Both the position numbers and the translations under genes were made by a program. DNA of 64,000 bases from Blastocatellia bacterium (lineage in GTDB: Bacteria > Acidobacteriota > Blastocatellia > UBA7656), in assembly GCA_035607285.1 (NCBI GenBank), contig DATNBZ010000020.1, forward strand, positions 4,505 to 68,504, read 5' to 3'. Every line of letters begins with the position of its first letter. Within the stretch, counting starts at the first letter, position 1. Positions 1-9,380 of the stretch are shown here, in pieces. Under the pieces are notes generated by a model. It was not told the DNA's origin, searched no databases, and was given only the letters and a program-made list of their open reading frames with translations.

Positions 1-1368
1 CGCTCGCTGATACCATTCGGCTTCGGCCCGAACCAACAAGAGAAGGGCCTCGATCCGCGAGTAATCATATTCGCGCTGATTATCTCGATTCTCAGCGGAG
101 TATTGTTCGGGCTCGCGCCGGCGCTACAAGCTTCGAAGGCTAATCTTGTCCCGACTTTGAAGGGCGAGATCACAATGCCGGAAGGCTCGCGAGGATTCAG
201 GTTCAATCTTCGAAAGGCCCTGGTCGTATTTCAAGTCGGGTTGTCTCTGTTTGCGCTAATCACCGCGGGCTTGTTTGTGCGAAGTCTGCAAAAGGCGCAG
301 TCGGTGAATCCGGGCTTTGACGTGAACAACGTTGTGTTGATGGCGTTCAACCTCGGACGCGAGGGCTACAGCGAAGCTCAGGGAAGGAATTTTCATCAGC
401 AGGTGGTCGACCGAATCCGCTCGGTGCCGGGTGTGGTCAACGCTACCATCGCGCGAGATCGGCCGTTTGGCGGCGGGTTCTCGAGAAGCATTTTTCTCGA
501 GGGACAGGAACCAACGCCGGGCGGGCGAGGCGTGCTGGTGCAAACCAACAACATCGGACTGAAGTTCTTTGACACGTTGGGCATCTCGCTGCTGCGCGGC
601 CGGGATTTCACGGAAAACGATTCTCAACAAGCGCCGAAGGTGCTGATCATCAACGAAGCAATGGCGAATCGCTTCTGGGGAGATCAGGATCCGATCGGCA
701 AGCGCCTGAAGTTGTTCGGCGATCAGGATTACCGGCAGGTCGTCGGCATAGTCGGCGACAGCAAGTACAACAGCCTGACCGAGGCTCGACGGCCGTTCAT
801 GTACATTCCGCTTCTGCAGGAGTACGCGCCGCAAGTCAATCTCCACGTTCGAACTTCGGCCGAGCCGAAAGGGCTGGTGGCGGCGCTGCGCGGCGAAGTG
901 CAGGCGGTTGATGCGAGCCTTCCGGTGCTCAACGTCCAGACCTTGAGCGAACGCGTCGAGAACTCGCTTGGCGGCGAACGGACGCAGGCGACGCTGCTCG
1001 GCTCAGGCGGGTTGCTGGCGCTGTTGCTTGCGGCGGTCGGGCTGTACGGCGTCATGTCCTACACGGTCGCCCAACGTACTCGCGAGATTGGCATAAGAAT
1101 GGCGCTGGGAGCCGGCCGCGGGAATGTGATGGGGCTGGTGCTCAAGCAAGGCGTGACGCTCGTAGGGGCCGGCGTCGTGTTAGGACTCGGCGCCGCGTTC
1201 GGGATCACGCGACTGCTTGCGAGCCTGCTCTTCGGTGTGAGCGCGGTCGATCCGCTGACCTTCATCGGCACGTCGGTTGTATTGTTGGCCGTCTCTCTGT
1301 TGGCGAGCTACATTCCGGCCCGCCGGGCTACGAAGGTCGATCCATTGATTGCGCTTCGGTACGAATAG
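1..1368 (+). CDS. ADOP/MacB-like FtsX ABC transporter permease, C-terminal part (5' end lies upstream of window)
   Basis: Frame open from nt 1; conserved 'FGLAPALQASKANL' linker and C-terminal FtsX domain ending 'VDPLIALRYE', paralogous to the full-length permeases at 1746, 9511 and 24420. Confidence 0.85.
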   Translation, partial: RSLIPFGFGPNQQEKGLDPRVIIFALIISILSGVLFGLAPALQASKANLVPTLKGEITMPEGSRGFRFNLRKALVVFQVGLSLFALITAGLFVRSLQKAQSVNPGFDVNNVVLMAFNLGREGYSEAQGRNFHQQVVDRIRSVPGVVNATIARDRPFGGGFSRSIFLEGQEPTPGGRGVLVQTNNIGLKFFDTLGISLLRGRDFTENDSQQAPKVLIINEAMANRFWGDQDPIGKRLKLFGDQDYRQVVGIVGDSKYNSLTEARRPFMYIPLLQEYAPQVNLHVRTSAEPKGLVAALRGEVQAVDASLPVLNVQTLSERVENSLGGERTQATLLGSGGLLALLLAAVGLYGVMSYTVAQRTREIGIRMALGAGRGNVMGLVLKQGVTLVGAGVVLGLGAAFGITRLLASLLFGVSAVDPLTFIGTSVVLLAVSLLASYIPARRATKVDPLIALRYE

Positions 1369-1375
1369 CTTCGAG

Positions 1376-1510
1376 GAAGCGGGCGTTAAGGAAGCGGGCG
1401 TTCAAGAAGCGGGCGTTCAGAGCACCGACTTTAGTCGGGCAGTGGCTTTCGATGTCTTCAGTTTCGCTAGGCACTGGCCGACTAAAGTCGGTACCCTGAA
1501 CGCCCGCTTC
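1376..1510. repeat. Composite palindromic element (CTGAAC family): 3x tandem 15-mer GAAGCGGGCGTTCAG, inner hairpin CCGACTTTAGTCGGG...CCGACTAAAGTCGG, closing CTGAACGCCCGCTTC
   Basis: Direct reading; second copy with the same architecture at 23316-23510. Confidence 0.7.
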
Positions 1511-1522
1511 CAAACGCTCAAC

Positions 1523-1728
1523 CCTGAACCACGAACTCTGAACCCCGAACCCTGAACCCCGAACCCTGAACCCCACACCCAACCACATTCCTGCGTTCGC
1601 CAGAACTATTCCAACGTAACAAGCGTTTGAGGCGGCAGTGTTTCAGAGCACCAGATTTGCGAAACCAATCTGGAACTCTGAACCACGAACCCTGAACCCT
1701 GAACTCTGAACCCTGAACTCTGAACACG
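1523..1728. repeat. CTGAACC/GAACCCTGAAC short tandem repeat tracts in a 360-bp intergenic spacer
   Basis: Repeated (GAACCCTGAAC) units at 1523-1575 and 1671-1728; related tract at 44576-44697. Confidence 0.6.
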
Positions 1729-1745
1729 AGTTGGCGAGGTGCTTG

Positions 1746-4178
1746 ATGGAAACTCTACTGCAGGACGTTCGTTACGCGATTCGAGCAATGCTCAAGAGTC
1801 CCGGCTTTACCGGCGTGGCAATTCTATCGCTTGCGCTGGGGATCGGAGCGAACGCCGCGATCTTCAGCCTGGTTAACCTGATTCTCTTTCGCCCGCTTCC
1901 GGTCCTTGAGCCGTCGCGCATCGTCGAGCTCACGCCGACCAGGCAAGGAAATGAGTTCAACAACTTTTCTTATCCGCTCTACCGAGACTTCCGCGATAAG
2001 AACGAGGTGTTCGAGTCACTCGCCGTTTATCGCTTCGCGCCCATGAGCCTGAGTCGTGAAGGCAACAACGAGCGGATCTGGGGCTACATTGTGTCCGGCA
2101 ATTATTTTGACATGCTCGGCGTGAAGCCCGCCGCCGGACGCTTCTTCACACAGGAAGACGATCGCGTGCCTGGCGCGAGTCCCGTGGCGGTGGTGAGCTA
2201 CGGCTGCTGGAAGCGGCGTTTCGGAGGCGATCCCAATCTGGTTGGAAAAGAGATCACCATCAACGGCGGTCGCTTCGACGTAGTGGGCATCGCTCCCGAA
2301 GGCTTCGGTGGAACGGTAATAATCTTTACGCCGGAGATCTGGGTGCCGGCGATGATGGCGCGGCAAGTCGAGCCGGGCTCGAACTGGCTGGATTCACCCA
2401 CGAACGGAGTGTTGTTCGCGCTCGGCCGGTTGAAGCCGGGAGTCACCGAGGCGCAAGCGGCTCAATCGCTTGATGCGCTGACGGAATCGCTTGTCGGCGT
2501 GTATCCGCACATCGAAGGCCAGACGATGGTGCTTTCGCCGCCCGGGTTGGTGATCCCGGCGCTCCGCAATGGAACGCTCGCGTTTTCATTTGTTCTGATG
2601 GCCGCGGTGGGGTTGGTATTGCTGATCGCCTGCACGAACCTCGCCAACATGCTTCTTGCACGAGCGACGCGCCGCCGCAAGGAGATCGCGATTCGCTTGT
2701 CGCTTGGAGCCAGCCGCGCGCGGCTCATTCGCCAGTTGCTAACCGAGAGTGTATTGCTCGCGCTGATCGGTGGAGTGATTGGCTGGCTCGTAGCGGTGTG
2801 GATGGTGCGGCTAGTCGGCGCGTTCAAACCGCCGGTTGATTTTACGTTGACCATAGACCTGAAACTCGATTGGCGAGTGCTTCTGTTCTCGTTGGTTGTT
2901 TCTTTGATCAGCGGGGTGATTTTTGGATTGATGCCCGCGTTGCACAGCACAAGGTCTGACCTGGTATCGGCGCTCAAAGCTGAAAGCCTTGCAGCCGGCC
3001 ACAGCCGATCGCGTTTGCGAAGCTCGCTGGTTGTCGCGCAGATAGCGTTCTCGCTGGTGTTGCTGGTGGCGGCGGGGTTGATCGTGCGCAGCCTGCAACA
3101 GGTGCAGATGATCGGGCCCGGGTTCAGGACCGAACGCACGCTGACTATGTCGGTTGACCTTGGCTTGCAGGGCTACACCGAAGCGCGCGGACAGGAGTTC
3201 TACAAGGAACTGATTGCGCGCTCGGAAGCGTTGCCCGGCGTGCGCTCCGTTTCGCTGGTGAACTACCTGCCGCTTGCGATGAATCGCAACACCACGAGCA
3301 TCTACATCGAAGGCCAGCCAACACCTCGCCCCTCCGATGTGCCCGAGATTCAAAACAGCACCGTGTGGCCGAAGTATCTCGAGACGATGGGCATACCGCT
3401 CGTCGATGGCCGTGAATTCACGATGCAGGACGATAAGAAGGACCAGCGCTTCGTGATGGTCAACGAAACTTTCGCGCGCCGCTTCTGGCCGGGCGAGAGC
3501 GCGTTGGGCAAACGAATTCGCAGCAGAACGGATGGACCGTATTGGGAAGTCATCGGAGTTGCGAAAGACGGCAAGTACTGGAGCCTCGGCGAAGACCCGC
3601 AGCCGTTTATCTACTACCCGATGGTGCGCGATTACGAAGGTTCAGCGGCGTTGATCGTCAGCGCCGATTCGGAACCCACCGGGCTCATCAACGCCCTTCG
3701 CCGCGAAGTGCAACAGATGGATCCGAATCTGCCGGTCTACGACGTGAAGACGATGAACGACCACATGCGGTTGTCGCTGTTCCCGTTGCGCGCGGGCGCC
3801 TGGGTTGCGGGCAGCTTTGCGTTGCTCGCGTTGACGCTTGCGGGTCTTGGCATCTACGGCGTGATGGCGTACTCGGTAAGCCAGCGCACTCGTGAGATAG
3901 GCATCAGAATGGCTCTGGGAGCCACTTCCAGTAATGTGCTCAGCCTGGTTGTCAAACAGGGAATGCGTCTCGCGTTGATTGGGCTTGGAGTCGGTCTGGT
4001 TGGTTCGCTTGCGGTTACTCGGCTGATGTCGAGCGTGCTTTATGGAGTGAGCGCAACGGACGTGATGACATTCACATTGGTTTCCGCGTTGTTAGCGGTG
4101 GTCGTGCTTGCGGCTTGTTACATCCCGGCTCGCCGCGCGGCGAGAGTCGACCCGATGATCGCGTTGAGGTATGAGTGA
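1746..4178 (+). CDS. ADOP/MacB-like duplicated FtsX ABC transporter permease (full length)
   Basis: N-term 'METLLQDVRYAIRAMLKSPGFT', two MacB_PCD+FtsX halves, C-term 'VDPMIALRYE'; start chosen at conserved METLLQ ATG (ORF track starts 5 codons earlier at 1731). Confidence 0.9.
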   Translation: METLLQDVRYAIRAMLKSPGFTGVAILSLALGIGANAAIFSLVNLILFRPLPVLEPSRIVELTPTRQGNEFNNFSYPLYRDFRDKNEVFESLAVYRFAPMSLSREGNNERIWGYIVSGNYFDMLGVKPAAGRFFTQEDDRVPGASPVAVVSYGCWKRRFGGDPNLVGKEITINGGRFDVVGIAPEGFGGTVIIFTPEIWVPAMMARQVEPGSNWLDSPTNGVLFALGRLKPGVTEAQAAQSLDALTESLVGVYPHIEGQTMVLSPPGLVIPALRNGTLAFSFVLMAAVGLVLLIACTNLANMLLARATRRRKEIAIRLSLGASRARLIRQLLTESVLLALIGGVIGWLVAVWMVRLVGAFKPPVDFTLTIDLKLDWRVLLFSLVVSLISGVIFGLMPALHSTRSDLVSALKAESLAAGHSRSRLRSSLVVAQIAFSLVLLVAAGLIVRSLQQVQMIGPGFRTERTLTMSVDLGLQGYTEARGQEFYKELIARSEALPGVRSVSLVNYLPLAMNRNTTSIYIEGQPTPRPSDVPEIQNSTVWPKYLETMGIPLVDGREFTMQDDKKDQRFVMVNETFARRFWPGESALGKRIRSRTDGPYWEVIGVAKDGKYWSLGEDPQPFIYYPMVRDYEGSAALIVSADSEPTGLINALRREVQQMDPNLPVYDVKTMNDHMRLSLFPLRAGAWVAGSFALLALTLAGLGIYGVMAYSVSQRTREIGIRMALGATSSNVLSLVVKQGMRLALIGLGVGLVGSLAVTRLMSSVLYGVSATDVMTFTLVSALLAVVVLAACYIPARRAARVDPMIALRYE

Positions 4179-4195
4179 AGATTTGAGGCATAGGT

Positions 4196-4212
4196 GAATG
4201 TAAGATTCACAA
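4196..4212. promoter_or_regulatory. Perfect palindrome GTGAATgtaagATTCAC in the AT-rich leader upstream of the KAP/NACHT operon (possible operator)
   Basis: 6-bp inverted arms with 5-bp spacer inside the 145-bp lower-GC intergenic region 4179-4323. Confidence 0.25.
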
Positions 4213-4323
4213 TCGACGTTTGAGAAGCAGATCCCTCTCAGCCATGTCCTTCTGTCGAAACTCTTCATAGCGGTTAACCTAGTTTTCAATTGATCTATCT
4301 TTGCCTCACTTTGCAAGCCGTGT

Positions 4324-5895
4324 ATGATTGTGAGCGCTGAAAGCGCGCGTCAAGTTGACCGAATGAGAGGGTCGATGATCTCGAACGATGAGCCAGTCTA
4401 TCTAGATGCCTTGGGTCACTACGAGTTGGCCAAGCAACTGGGCCATCGTGTGCTGAAGTGTCCCCCTCCATACGTTATCGGCGTATGTGGGTCATGGGGC
4501 TCCGGCAAAACAAGCTTCCTAAAAATGTTATGGGCGTATCTGGGGGGACCGGTTGAACTCGTTGGCCGGAAATTTGGAGGCTTGCGTGATGATGAGCGCG
4601 CGAAATGGTTCAATGAACCGCAGGACGACTTTAGTCCCCTGCTCAATAAGAGAAAGCTGGAGCTGATTTGGTTCAACCCCTGGCAGCATCAGTTCGAGAC
4701 AAGCCCCCTCGTGGCGCTGCTGAACGAAATACGCAAGCACTTTACAATGCCGCGGAAGGCATACGACGAAGCCGGGAGGCTCATTGACGTTGCAACTCAC
4801 GCTACCCTCAACGCTCTTGCAGATTTCGGAAAGGAACTCAAGATTCCGATCCCAGGCGCGAAAGGGATCATGGAAAGGGGCCGCGAATATGAAGGCGAGC
4901 ACTTTTCAACAGGACTGGCTTCGCAGCGTTTCCGCGATTTCTTTGAGGAGGCAATTCGTTCAGTCACCAAGAAAGGATTGCTGGTAATCTTCATTGACGA
5001 TCTCGACCGCTGCGAAGGTGACGTCGCTTATCATCTGCTTGAGGCACTAAAGCTTTATGTCAATGCGGATAACTGCATCTACGTTCTTGGGCTTGATCAG
5101 AACCACCTTGAGAGATCAATAGCGAAAGCATTGTCCGGGGAAGCAGAAAAGTGGCGTCATCGACCTCTCGCACGGGACTACCTCAGCAAGATATTTCAGA
5201 ACCTTTACCATCTACCGGTTCCGCGTCATACGTCACGGTACGTCGACGCCTTACTCGATGCAGACGACCCTGCCTTTAAGGCGCAACTTGGCCAGCTCTT
5301 TGGCCTAAATAATGCTGACTGGAAACTACTTGTAGAAGCGCTTGACGACAACTTGCCTCACAACCCTCGTAAGATTAAATCGTTCATTGGGTCGTGGAAA
5401 CTGTATCTTGATTCACTCATCAAGCCGGAAGGGCCCTCGGATAAGCTCGATTGGCGCCTGACATTGATACTGCATTATCTGGCGCAGTTTGAAGAGCCGC
5501 TCTTCCGAAAAGTTGAGGAGGCTCCCGCTTTCTACAGCGATTATATCATCCGATACTCCCGTGATGGCATCAATCGACACCCGTTGTTCGAGGGACTCGA
5601 GTTGCCTTACAGCACACCCTCGGCTGGATCAGAGGCTGACGAGAAGGGCGGACTCCCCTCGCCAGCGTCTGCTGCAGCGGCGGCCGATGAGTCTCAGGAT
5701 AACAAGAAGGATGAAAAACAAATCGAGGTTCAACCACGGATCTTTTGGATTAGTCGGTTGATTAACGGGCTTGCAAAAGAGACGAGATTTAAGCTCGATG
5801 ATGAAACCGTTCATCGCCATCTTCTGAGATCTGGTGGTAAGACACCCGAGCCGCCGCCCCCATTGCCTATTGTCCCAGGGGAGGCCACCGAATGA
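4324..5895 (+). CDS. KAP-family P-loop NTPase
   Basis: Walker A 'GVCGSWGSGKTS', Walker B 'LLVIFIDDLDRC', KAP signature 'NPRKIKSFI'; low-complexity acidic/Pro-rich C-terminus; start codon uncertain (M1, M14 or M18). Confidence 0.85.
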   Translation: MIVSAESARQVDRMRGSMISNDEPVYLDALGHYELAKQLGHRVLKCPPPYVIGVCGSWGSGKTSFLKMLWAYLGGPVELVGRKFGGLRDDERAKWFNEPQDDFSPLLNKRKLELIWFNPWQHQFETSPLVALLNEIRKHFTMPRKAYDEAGRLIDVATHATLNALADFGKELKIPIPGAKGIMERGREYEGEHFSTGLASQRFRDFFEEAIRSVTKKGLLVIFIDDLDRCEGDVAYHLLEALKLYVNADNCIYVLGLDQNHLERSIAKALSGEAEKWRHRPLARDYLSKIFQNLYHLPVPRHTSRYVDALLDADDPAFKAQLGQLFGLNNADWKLLVEALDDNLPHNPRKIKSFIGSWKLYLDSLIKPEGPSDKLDWRLTLILHYLAQFEEPLFRKVEEAPAFYSDYIIRYSRDGINRHPLFEGLELPYSTPSAGSEADEKGGLPSPASAAAAADESQDNKKDEKQIEVQPRIFWISRLINGLAKETRFKLDDETVHRHLLRSGGKTPEPPPPLPIVPGEATE

Positions 5896-8663
5896 CGGGT
5901 GTGATCAAGAAAGACCTCGAAGGCGATTACAAGTTATTGCTCTCATGGCGCTATAACAGCGTCGAGTTCCTTGGTCTACCTAGCCTGAAAGAGAATCGCC
6001 CGTTGACGCTCGAAGAGATATACATACCTCTGAGCTTTGCGTGGGAACAAGGTAGTGACAAGCGTGTCTACCTACCTGAAGCTCTAGAGACGAGCCGGCA
6101 ACTGGTCATACTAGGCGACCCAGGTTGCGGAAAGTCTACCCTGATTAAATTGGTTACCTACTCATTCGGAAGAACTGAACCTACACCACTCTCCCAGCGT
6201 TTTGGCCCGCTCGTGCCGGTGCCCATCATTCTGCGGGACTACCATGTTGGCTCATGGCAATCTAAAGAGGACATGCTGGACGATTTCATTGGCCAACTCG
6301 ACGAAGATATTCGTGATCGTGTCAGTGTGGGATGGCTATTGAGGGCATTACAAGAAGGCCGTGGCTTATTGCTCTTAGATGGCTTGGACGAAGTGGGAAG
6401 CAGTGAAGACCGCCTACATCTCAGAAACGACATCGTGCGCCCTTTACTTTCGATAATGCCCGAGAGTTATGCAATTCTCACTAGTCGGATAGTCGGCTAT
6501 GAAGAAGTGCCATACGGACATGACGAGGTTGGCATACTTCCACCCTTACTTCCTCGGTGCTACGTAGCGCCGTTCACTGATGAGGATATCGACCAGTTCA
6601 TCACACGCTGGTATGCGGCTCGCGAGCCTAACCCTGAGCGCAGGCGTACTGGGCTTCACTCGCTCGGCCAGGCCTTGCACCAGAATGACCGGATCAAGCG
6701 GCTGGCCACCAATCCTTCCCTGCTGACCCTGATGGTCTTGATCCATCGCGTCACGGCCCATCTACCGTCGGGCCGTGTGAAGCTCTACGACAAGATAGTC
6801 GAGGCCTATCTTGAGACCATCCAAACCTATCGGAAGCTCGGTCAATACCCAGCTTCGCTCGACCAGATGAAGCGCTGGCTTGCGAGGGTCGGTTGGGAGA
6901 TGCAGTCCAGCCGCGTTGGCGCTGGGGAAGGGGAACTAATGGTGCCACGCGATGACATCGTGGCATGGCTCACCGATGCCATCGATGTGGATCGCGTCGG
7001 CGCGGCGGCGGAAGCTGCCCAGTTCTTAGACTACGTGGCGCGCCGTAGTGGACTCTTGATTGAGCGCAAAAACGATGTGTTTGCATTCGTTCATCTGACT
7101 TTTCAAGAGTACTTTGCCGCGTTTCATCTGCGCGGCAAACTTGGACGCTTCGATGATTTGGCGAGCACGTCTGGCTTCCTAGTTGCGCAGGTTCACTGGC
7201 ACGAAACGCTTAGCCTTTTGTTTGAGATGCTGGCCGAATTCCCGGGAGCAGGGGACGATTTGTTGAATGAGATAGAGGAACGAACGAAAGGGTTTCCCGA
7301 TAAACGCGTCGGCGCGGCGGAGTTCGTCGCGGATTTATTATTGGACGACCAGAGCGGACTTGGTTTGCGTAGACAGACACAGGCGGCGGCCTACGCGCTA
7401 GGCGTAGCGACCGGCAGTTTCGATGAGGCAGTACTCGCGAGATTAAAACAACTCCCAGCAGACCGGTTCGAACAACTGGTCCGCAAATGGTTGGAGAAGG
7501 AACTCTGGCGTGCGAAACCGGAAAAACTGGGCCGCGATTTCTTTGTTGTTGGAGGTGATCTATTAGAGGACTGGTCACGCGTGTTGGGAGAATGGGTGAC
7601 TGCGCGCGGCGAGTTGCCATGGAGTGACTCGCAAATCGAAGACATCATTCTCATTGCCGGAGAGAGTCCCGAGGTGCACCGATGGGCGACGGAGTCGCTG
7701 CCTCTGAGCGGATGGCTGAAGGCTCGATCCTTGAGCTGGCATCATTACGGTTTGGCGAATCTGGCCGAGCTCAACTTGACTACATTGCTGGAAGCTAATG
7801 ATGAGTGCCCTCGGCATCAACTGCTAACTCAATTTGGTCTCGCTTCAGCTATCTCGGGCTCGGAGCTCATAAGGGTCTCGACGGCTTTGGCTTTCCATCA
7901 GAGGCCTGATCAGCCTGTAGTCCGGGCGTTGAGAGGAATTGAGGAGATCCTTCAGGATCGCGTTAAGCGCTATGCTCGGATGCTGGCTCTAGACTTGGCT
8001 ATGGGTCAGGCTTCTCCTCGGGATCGGGCACGAGTAGCGAGCCGAGGTCTGATTGTGGACCCGTATCTGGATGAACCTTTGGTTGGCCCTCTATTTCGTT
8101 CTTTGATCCTCTCTTCGCGTCTTCAACTGGCTTCAAATCTCGAATTGGCAATCTCATCATCAAAGCCGAAGCTGAGCGAAGAAAACAGAAAGATTGCCGC
8201 GCTCGCCGATGCAGAGTGTCTGTTCTTTTCACCTAAGACCTCACCCAAGCAATTCAATATCACAACGCGCAGTCTAAAAGAAATGACAACGGCCCAGGAT
8301 GAATGGACTCAACTGCTCGCCCTCTCCGCTTTGCTGATGCTCGGTGCAGGGACACCGAAAGCCTGCGGCAGCCGCAATGAGTTACTCGATAAGGCCATGA
8401 GGCAACCTCAAGCGTTCAGCTTTCCGCAAAAGGTGCGGCTGGAGACGGACACCCCCGCCTTCCACGAATCGCTTCCGAAGCTCATGCGTATGGTCTTCCT
8501 GCACGACCCCGACGATCCGTGGCTTTTGCCGGAGAAGCTTGATCGCTCGAATCCCGAGTCGCGTTTTTTCGTTTCTAGCCCACGCGAGTTCTATGCGCTC
8601 GCAGCCGAGGTTCTCGACCCTGAAGGCAAAACCGAACTGGCAGAATGGCGGAATAGTGATTGA
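5892..8663 (+). CDS. NACHT-domain STAND NTPase with about 480-aa alpha-helical C-terminal region
   Basis: Walker A 'ILGDPGCGKSTL', Walker B 'LLLLDGLDEV', sensor-1 'ILTSR', 'NPSLLTLM' motif; GGGAGG RBS 7 nt upstream; start overlaps the KAP stop by 4 nt (ATGA). Confidence 0.85.
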   Translation: MTGVIKKDLEGDYKLLLSWRYNSVEFLGLPSLKENRPLTLEEIYIPLSFAWEQGSDKRVYLPEALETSRQLVILGDPGCGKSTLIKLVTYSFGRTEPTPLSQRFGPLVPVPIILRDYHVGSWQSKEDMLDDFIGQLDEDIRDRVSVGWLLRALQEGRGLLLLDGLDEVGSSEDRLHLRNDIVRPLLSIMPESYAILTSRIVGYEEVPYGHDEVGILPPLLPRCYVAPFTDEDIDQFITRWYAAREPNPERRRTGLHSLGQALHQNDRIKRLATNPSLLTLMVLIHRVTAHLPSGRVKLYDKIVEAYLETIQTYRKLGQYPASLDQMKRWLARVGWEMQSSRVGAGEGELMVPRDDIVAWLTDAIDVDRVGAAAEAAQFLDYVARRSGLLIERKNDVFAFVHLTFQEYFAAFHLRGKLGRFDDLASTSGFLVAQVHWHETLSLLFEMLAEFPGAGDDLLNEIEERTKGFPDKRVGAAEFVADLLLDDQSGLGLRRQTQAAAYALGVATGSFDEAVLARLKQLPADRFEQLVRKWLEKELWRAKPEKLGRDFFVVGGDLLEDWSRVLGEWVTARGELPWSDSQIEDIILIAGESPEVHRWATESLPLSGWLKARSLSWHHYGLANLAELNLTTLLEANDECPRHQLLTQFGLASAISGSELIRVSTALAFHQRPDQPVVRALRGIEEILQDRVKRYARMLALDLAMGQASPRDRARVASRGLIVDPYLDEPLVGPLFRSLILSSRLQLASNLELAISSSKPKLSEENRKIAALADAECLFFSPKTSPKQFNITTRSLKEMTTAQDEWTQLLALSALLMLGAGTPKACGSRNELLDKAMRQPQAFSFPQKVRLETDTPAFHESLPKLMRMVFLHDPDDPWLLPEKLDRSNPESRFFVSSPREFYALAAEVLDPEGKTELAEWRNSD

Positions 8664-8710
8664 GCACCGAGGCTTGCAAAGACACCTTCAATAATCGCAC
8701 AAATGATGGA

Positions 8711-8846
8711 TTAATGGAGAGCATTCAAGACATTCGTTACAGCGCTCGCTCGCTGACTAAGACTCCGGGCTTCACGGCGGCTGCTGTTAGCGTGCTTTGC
8801 GCTCGGCATCGGAGCTAACACGGCTGTCTTCACCGTAGTCAAGCCG
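8711..8846 (+). pseudogene. 5' remnant (about 40 codons, frameshifted) of an ADOP permease gene
   Basis: Translates 'MESIQDIRYSARSLTKTPGFTAAAV', matching ADOP N-termini (compare 'METILQHIRYSVRSLIKTPAFTAVA' at 9511); frame breaks, then nucleotide similarity to 9511 continues to 'accgtagtcaa(g)ccgtgctg' and stops. Confidence 0.6.
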
Positions 8847-8986
8847 TGCTGCTCCAGGCGCCCCCGCAGTTGTTCTTCAGCGGTGATGATTGTGATTGCG
8901 ATTTCGTCAGCGGGAATGAGCACCAGTCGCTCGCGGATCTTTGGATTGCCCCATGGGTTCAGGCTGAGATGATCCGTATCCAACAC
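8847..8986 (-). pseudogene. Truncated PIN-domain (VapC-like) toxin gene, N-terminal about 45 codons only
   Basis: '(M)LDTDHLSLNPWGNPKIRERLVLIPADEIAITIITAEEQLRG' fits the VapC N-terminal pattern (hhLDTN..., ...ITxxEL.xG); the ORF then reads antisense through the ADOP fragment, so the 3' part of the toxin is missing. Confidence 0.5.
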
Positions 8987-8993
8987 GTACAAG

Positions 8994-9380
8994 TTACTGG
9001 TCCGATTCGCCAGTATTATTCTCCTGCCGATTGCGGGAAATCTCAGTCATAAAGTCGTCATAGGTGGGATCATCACGCAGACTGCCGTGAACCTCCAACC
9101 ACGGGTTTGCGGAGACAGGCGAGGGCGATTCGTCTATCTCTGGGAAGAGCGGCCTTTCACCTTGTGCCGCGCGGGTTTCATTCAGGGCGTGTTTCAAGTG
9201 CTCGAATGTCTCCCGCTGTTCACTCTCATCCTCTTCCAGAAAACGGTCAAGCACCGCCAGCGCGGCTGGGACATCGATTTTATGCAGCACGAAACCGGAA
9301 GTACGCGGACGATCGATAGCCAATTCATCCGCCGCTCGATGAGCGAGGCCGTCGTCTGACAATATACTCGGTTGATTCAT
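8994..9380 (-). CDS. Putative antitoxin-like small acidic protein upstream of the vapC remnant
   Basis: 128-aa ORF whose stop is immediately before the vapC start (classic antitoxin-toxin order); family not recognised. Confidence 0.45.
   Translation of the reverse strand: MNQPSILSDDGLAHRAADELAIDRPRTSGFVLHKIDVPAALAVLDRFLEEDESEQRETFEHLKHALNETRAAQGERPLFPEIDESPSPVSANPWLEVHGSLRDDPTYDDFMTEISRNRQENNTGESDQ

Noticed and set aside
2016-3574. Long minus-strand ORFs (2462-3139, 2811-3353 and others) overlapping the ADOP permease gene
   Set aside because: Antisense ORFs in a high-GC gene with no recognisable protein features; the sense strand encodes a well-conserved permease.
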